A stretch of DNA of 64,000 nucleotides from the human T2T-CHM13v2.0 reference genome, Homo sapiens. Below the pieces are notes generated by a model. The model saw only the letters and a program-made list of their open reading frames with translations, was not told the origin of the DNA and did no database searches. The DNA lies in NCBI RefSeq assembly GCF_009914755.1, contig NC_060943.1. One strand, given 5' to 3'. The stretch's first letter is position 1, and each line of letters starts with the position of its first letter. Below are positions 55,085 to 64,000 of this stretch, in pieces. The translations under genes were made by a program, and so were the position numbers.

Positions 55085-55910
55085 TTTTTTCTTTTTTTTT
55101 TTTTTTTTTTTTGAGACAGGTTCTCACTCCGTCCCCTACGCAGGAGTGCAATGGTGCAAACATAGCTCACTGCAGCCTCAACCTCCTGGGCTCAAGTAAT
55201 CCTCATACCTCAGTCTCCTGAGTAAGACAAAATTTTACTGGGGCAATTTCAACTCTTCGTAAGGTTTTACCTTTTGAACTTGTGCTTTCCTTTTTTTTTT
55301 AAGATGGAGTTTCACTCTTGTGTCGCCCAGGCTGGAGTGCAGTGGCACAATCTCGCCTCACTGAAACCTCCGCCTCCCTGCTTCAAGTGATTCTCCTGCC
55401 TCAGCCTCCTGAGTAGCTGGGATTACAGGCGGCTGCCACCATGCCAGGCTAATTTTCGTATTTTTAGTAGAGATGGGGTTCCACCATGTTGGCCAGGCTG
55501 GTCTCCAACTCCTGACCTCAGACGATCCATCCGCCTCAACCTCCCAAAGTGCTGGGATACAGGCATGAGCCACCATGCCCAGCCTTAAGCCACCGTGCCC
55601 AGCCTGCTGTCTTTATTATTATTATTTAGAGACAAGGTCCCACTCTGTTGCTCAGGCTACAGTGCAGTGGCACAATCATAGCTCATCGTAACCTCAAACT
55701 GCTGGGCTCAAGTGATCCTCCCACCTCAGCCTCCAGAGGAGCTGGGACTACAAGCACACACTACCTCACTGGGCTCATTTATTTTTTATTTTTTAGAGAT
55801 AGGGTCTTGCTTGTTGCCCAGGCTGGTCTTGGACTCCTGACCTCAAGCAATCCCCCTGCCTTGGCCTCTAAAAGTGCTGGGATTACAGGCATGAGCCACT
55901 GCACCCGGCT
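55085..55910 (-). mobile_element. Antisense Alu cluster (55085-55225 partial, 55290-55605, 55612-55910)
   Basis: Alu consensus matches. Confidence 0.9.
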
Positions 55911-55922
55911 TAAGTTATACTT

Positions 55923-55926
<4 letters not shown>

Positions 55927-55956
<30 letters not shown>
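55927..55956. repeat. (CA)n microsatellite
   Basis: About 14-15 uninterrupted AC units. Confidence 0.95.
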
Positions 55957-55958
<2 letters not shown>

Positions 55959-56016
55959 TAATCATGTTCGAGTTGCATAGACTTAAGAAGCTCAATCTAC
56001 TTACCTACTTTGAGAA

Positions 56017-56490
56017 TGTCTTAATTTGAATTCCCCCAGGAGCCAAGCCTGCGACAAGGATTTGAGGATAAGTAGACTATTTAGGAAATAGCCCCTAGGA
56101 AGCATCGGTAGAGAATAAGCAAGAAAGAGGGGAAGAGAAGGCAGCTAGCAAAGGATACATCCTTAGTGAGTTACTGCTGTGGGCAATAAGGGCTTAATCC
56201 CCTGGGAAATGGGAGGTGGAAATCCACCTGACAGTTATCCCACTGGAGGGGCAAGGGAGCTGGAGGATGGATCCGTGACCTCTGTCAGTCATTAGCAGGA
56301 AGACGGCACCTGGGGGACTTAGATTCCCCAGCACTTCTGGCTGTCACAGTGAAGACAAAACAGACCCTGGCTGCAAGAGAAAGCCCCCAGGGAAAGAAAG
56401 GCAGGTGCTCAGAGCAGGTCTTGGGAGCCGGAAATGAAGCTAATGTTTGCTAAAGTGATGAGGGTGAGGGAATAGGTGTGACCTTGAGTT
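56017..56490 (-). mobile_element. LTR16-like ERVL LTR
   Basis: TGTCTTAATTTGAATTCCCCCAGG...AGTTACTGCTGTGGGCAA...GAGGGGCAAGGGAGCTGG. Confidence 0.65.
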
Positions 56491-56590
56491 GCTGGGGATG
56501 AAAATCTTGCTACATGAGCAGTACTAGGCTTTTGTGACCCAACAATAGAGAAATAGAAACCAAAAGACTCCATGGATCAGGTAGAGTTAA

Positions 56591-57250
<660 letters not shown>

Positions 57251-57384
57251 CCCTCCCATAGATGCTCCATACGCTCTAATTCTGTGTCTCCATCCACTGA
57301 AAGCAAAATTCCAAGGCTTTGGCTATGGTGGAGCCTCAAGATGGAAAGACCTTGGATTTCTGAAATCATGGGCCGATGATCATG

Positions 57385-57640
57385 AAAATGCACCTCTGGG
57401 ATCTGCAAGAAGTGTGATTGAACAAGCACCCCAGCTGCTGGGCTCTGAAGTCCAGCACGTCATAGGAACTGAGGCCATGTTTCCCAAGGGCTGCTCCTCA
57501 CCCGGGCCTGAGCAGAGCAGGGACACTGTGGCAAGCCAGGTCCTGAGAGACTCAGAAATCTTCTGGGACAAGCAACTTTGGCTCAATGGCCTGGCCAAAG
57601 TCTCTCAGAAATGTCCTGCAGTCTAAGATGCTTCCACCCC
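57385..57640 (+). mobile_element. ERVL-class LTR fragment
   Basis: CCCCAGCTGCTGGGCTCTGAA...GAGGCCATGTTTCCC..GGGCTGCTCC...ACTTTGGCTC. Confidence 0.5.
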
Positions 57641-57871
57641 ACCACAACTTCACATGAGCAAAATCTTCCTTCTATTGTCTCTTTTTTGTCAATTTCTGGT
57701 AAATAACTTCTATTGTCTTAAAACACACTGGAGTTAAGGGATTTAGGCGTTACAGCAGCAGTGGTTGCCTTAATTCATTAATACAGGAGGAAATTGAGGG
57801 GCCATTGCCCAAAAGGTTAAGTTCAAAACCACAACTCCAGGACTGCAATTCAGGGATCAGGAAGCTGATGC

Positions 57872-58150
57872 TGGCCGGCGCCTGTAATCCCAGCACTTTG
57901 GGAGGCCAAGGCAGGCAGATCACTTGAGGTCAAGGAGTTTGAGACCAGTCTGGTCAACATGGTGAAGTCCCGTCTCTACTAAAAATACAAATAACTAGCT
58001 GGGCGTGGTGGTGCATGCCTGTAATCCCATCTACTCAGGAGGCTGAGGCAGAGGTTGCAGTGAACTGAGATTGTGCCACTGCACTCCAGCCTGGGAGACA
58101 GAGCGAGACTCTGTCTCAAAAAAAAAAAAAAAAAAAAAAGAAAAAAGAAA
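57872..58150 (+). mobile_element. AluS with internal deletions
   Basis: Dimer with poly-A. Confidence 0.9.
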
Positions 58151-58196
58151 GGCAGACAGGAAAAGGAAGCCAATAAAAGGTGTGATAATGAGCACT

Positions 58197-58347
58197 GTAT
58201 TAGTTAGCTATTGCTGCATAACAAATTACCTCAAAACTTCAGTGACATTAAATAACACGTATCTATTATCTAATAGTTTCTGAGGGTCAGGAATCTGGGA
58301 ACATCTTAGGTGGGTCCTCAGCTCTTGGGCCTGTCATAGGCTGCAAT
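58197..58347 (-). mobile_element. MLT1F-like LTR 3' end
   Basis: TGTATTAGTTAGCTATTGCTGCATAACAAATTACC...TTTCTGAGGGTCAGGAATCTGGGA. Confidence 0.8.
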
Positions 58348-59021
58348 GTAAATACAAAAAAGAAATCATGAAAGTGACAAGCCCTCCTTCCCCTTGGGTA
58401 GATGACATTGGCTATATTTCTGGCTATACCACACCTTCCCATTAGCATTCAGACTTCCCTTTTTGGGGGGAATTGTCCAGCTGAAAGTTGTCTTAACACA
58501 AGGACTGTTCCCAACACTAGCCTCCCAGGGCAAGCCTGTGACACACACTTGGTCAACCCAAAGCTCATTGCTTTGGCTCCTAGGTGAGTGTCCCAGTGTC
58601 ATTTGAGAATGTTTGTAGAACAGTGGCAGAGATGGCATGTAGTCAGAGCTGTTTGCCATGAGACCTTGGCTCTGAACTCTCTAGCTGGGATCCAAGGAGG
58701 AAGGTTTATCTAATACAGACATGCCAAGGATGAACCTCCTATGAACTTTTTATCCAGCGTGAATGCGCATGGAAGTTTGGCATAACACACAAGTGACCAG
58801 GAGAAGGGATGTGCTGAACTCTGCTAAAGGCTTTTCTCCCACAATATCAAGGAAGGAAACTGAACAGAGCTGGCTTTCAGGCCTAGAGACCTCCACCCTA
58901 CCTGGCTCCTATCTTGGAGGAATACTGTCCCCAAGTGACGGGGAGAATTCCAAGGAACCTCTAGGTGCTAACATTGACACCTAAATTCATGGGTCTGCAG
59001 ACTTCTACCATGGAATGCAAT

Positions 59022-60202
<1,181 letters not shown>

Positions 60203-60504
60203 CCCTTGGGCAAGAAGATACAAATACTGGTAGCTGGTAGTATCTTCCCAGGGTTAGGGCAATTCAACATTAGTATCAGCTACAACAATTTATAACCTTC
60301 ATGGTATTCACTAGACCCCCAGAGCTCCCAGAATTTATGCCCTTCCTCCAAGCCTGTTTTTGCAGCTTCTTGTCTATTCTGTGAACATCTGCACTTGTTT
60401 CCATAAAACCCATTCCTTAAATTGAAGATCCACAGAACTCACTCCTGTTGCAAACAAAAACCTTGACTGATATACCCTGCCATCTGAAATTTGCAGTGAA
60501 ATAA

Positions 60505-61157
<653 letters not shown>

Positions 61158-61377
61158 ACGTTTTATTATTATTCATGTATGGTGAGGCCAACAGATCAGG
61201 ATATGACTGCCATTAGAAAACACAAAAGTTTGTTATTCACTCTTCCCGAGAGGACGGGGCACTCCATGCCATACAGGGACACATGAGAAAGCACCAGGGT
61301 TGGTCAGGAGGCAGAGGTAGTGGGGAAAACATAGGCAAAGGTCTTTATTGTGATTTCCAAAGAAAGAAGCAGGCAAG

Positions 61378-62146
<769 letters not shown>

Positions 62147-62664
62147 CTACTGCTCAGCAGTTGGTAATAAAAGTTCAGAGGCTGCATAGAATCTTCGTGG
62201 CTTCTCTGATTTGACTCTGCAACACTGTTTCCTTTCATCTCCAGCAGAGCATGCCAGCTGCCCGGCAGGCATTCAAAATCCAGAATTGAAGGAAAGCATA
62301 TCGTGTGATCATCTACTTCTTGGATTTGAGTCTTTCCCAGGTGTGGCCATTTCTGGATGGTGGAAGGAGATGTTCCTCCCTGGAGGTGACCCTCAGTCAC
62401 ATTTATCCCTCATCCTTTCCTGTATCCTAAAAATAGCCAGGATGCTGGGAGCTGTTAAGGCTGCACTGAGGTATTTTTAGCCTTAGGATCCTGGAGTTGG
62501 GGCCCAGCTGGGCTGAGCTGCAATGAAGGGGTGTCGGGGGGCAGGTGGCACCTCAGAGAGCCTTTGGAGTGGCCCAGTAATGTCTCAGTTCTGATTTCTG
62601 ACTTAATCAATGGTGAAAATTGAGTTATGGGGGAAGAAGCAGAGGAAGGAGTGAAATGCAAAAA

Positions 62665-62770
62665 TTCATTCATTCATTCAGTCAGTCAGTCAGTCAGTCA
62701 GTCAGTGTCAGGCTCTGTTCTCAGCCCTGAGACTACAAGAACGACCAAAACAAAAATCTGTGCCCTGGAA
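62665..62770 (-). mobile_element. L2 3' tail with (TCAT)n/(CAGT)n microsatellite
   Basis: TTCATTCATTCATTCA(GTCA)n then TGTCAGGCTCTGTTCT. Confidence 0.65.
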
Positions 62771-63312
62771 ATGAACAGGCAGAGTTCAGAATATCTACTT
62801 GTATCAGAAAACAAGGAAAACGCCTTTAAAGACTAAAGGAGTGTTTTTGTCAGATGAACATGGGAACGAACTGAAAGAGGCTCTCCCTAGTCAAAATGGG
62901 GACCATAACATTCTCTTCTGTTAGTCAAAAGCCTGTGTCATAAAAACCTTGCTTACAGATGTTCAACGTAATTTCTTACAGCTCCAATCAGGGCAATTAA
63001 ATAAGCAGACCGTCTAGGGGTTTCACATAACAAGAATAAATAGCTAAATGCCAGGGATGTTTGAAAAGCAAAATATGGTTCATTATTTCCCCTGGGAGAG
63101 TCGCACTGAGCCACGGATTAATCAAAATACGGAGCATAGCGCACTGAAAAGTATTCCATTACCAGGAAGCGTAATTTCTGACTTATTCTATTTTAGAATA
63201 GTAACAACTGCTAATTTCTGGGTCCTTTCTAGGTGCTAGGCATTATTTCATGGGCCCCAAGACCGTTGTCTAACTTGATTCTAGCCACAACTCAGCAAGG
63301 AGTATCCAGACC

Positions 63313-63633
63313 CTTTTTGTTTTTTGTTTTGTTTTGTTTTTTGAGATGGAATTTCACTCTTGTCGCCCAGGCTGGACTGCATTGGCTCATCTCGGCTCAT
63401 TGCAACCTCTGCCTCCTGGGTTCAAGCAATTCTCCTGCCTCAGCCTCCCAAGCAGCTGGGATTACAAGATTACAAGCATGTGCCACCACGCCTGGCTAAT
63501 TTTTTGTATTTTCAGCAGAGATGGGGTTTCACCACGTGGGCCAGGCTGGTCTCGAACTCCTGGCCTCAAGTGATCTGCCCGCCTCAGCCTCCCAAAGTGC
63601 TGGGATTACAGGCATGAGCCGCCGTGCCCGGCC
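63313..63633 (-). mobile_element. AluSq-like
   Basis: TSD TATCCAGACCCTTT. Confidence 0.92.
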
Positions 63634-63797
63634 AGAATATCCAGACCCTTTAAGCACATTTTAGCAAAGAAGAAAGAGGAGGAGGAAAAGAATAGAAGGA
63701 GCGGGAGGGAAAAGAATAGAAGGAGGAGGAGAGAAAAAGAGGGAAGAGGAAGTATTTTAGTAATAGTCATTTTTTTCCCTTTCAGCATGTGAATACA

Positions 63798-64000
63798 TGT
63801 ATCAGTTAGAATTCAATTCTGCTGCATAGAAGAGAAAAATAATAGTGGCTTAAACAGGGCAGAGGTATATTTTTCTGCCATGTAGGTGTACCACAGTAGT
63901 TCAGTTCATGGCTGGCAAGGCAGCTCCACAATTATCAAGGACCTTAAGGCCTTCTAACTTTCTGCTCTGTCATCCTTGGCTTCCATCCTCAAGGTTGCCT
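63798..64000 (-). mobile_element. MLT1J-like LTR (runs off the window)
   Basis: TGTATCAGTTAGAATT...AGTGGCTTAAACAGG...GGCAGCTCCACAAT. Confidence 0.7.

Noticed and set aside
62535-62555. CTCF-like GCAGGTGGCAC
   Set aside because: Lacks the upstream CCA-type core; insufficient alone.

Overview
Primate (very likely human) non-coding genomic DNA, intronic or intergenic. I could not identify the locus. I can support no protein-coding exon, RNA gene, CpG island or CRISPR array. Nearly all ORFs in the track are Alu-derived or low-complexity artefacts. The two with real protein similarity are transposon fossils: an L1/HAL1 ORF1 piece at 39655-39948 and a Charlie1 hAT transposase C-terminus at about 11670-11790. 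The window is very Alu-dense: about 98 Alu copies or fragments by manual count, roughly 40% of bases. It also carries many solo LTRs (MLT1, MST, MLT2, LTR16-like, MER50, MER39, MER66-like, LTR8, MER41), L1/L2/MIR relics and DNA transposons (MER58A, MER5, MER1B, MER2, MER63, Charlie1, MADE1). I did not find a new gene system. The most notable signals are fossil repair and rearrangement events: (1) a ~430-bp microhomology-flanked templated copy of a nearby Alu-in-Alu composite (46732-47189 to 48281-48704); (2) an older ~125-bp non-Alu local duplication; (3) reuse of one target site by an Alu and an L1; (4) several TSD-less chimeric or collapsed inverted Alus marking deletions. A few repeat-free, motif-rich islands are enhancer candidates. 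Repeat family names come from recalled consensus sequences. Subfamily calls and boundaries are approximate and need RepeatMasker/Dfam confirmation.
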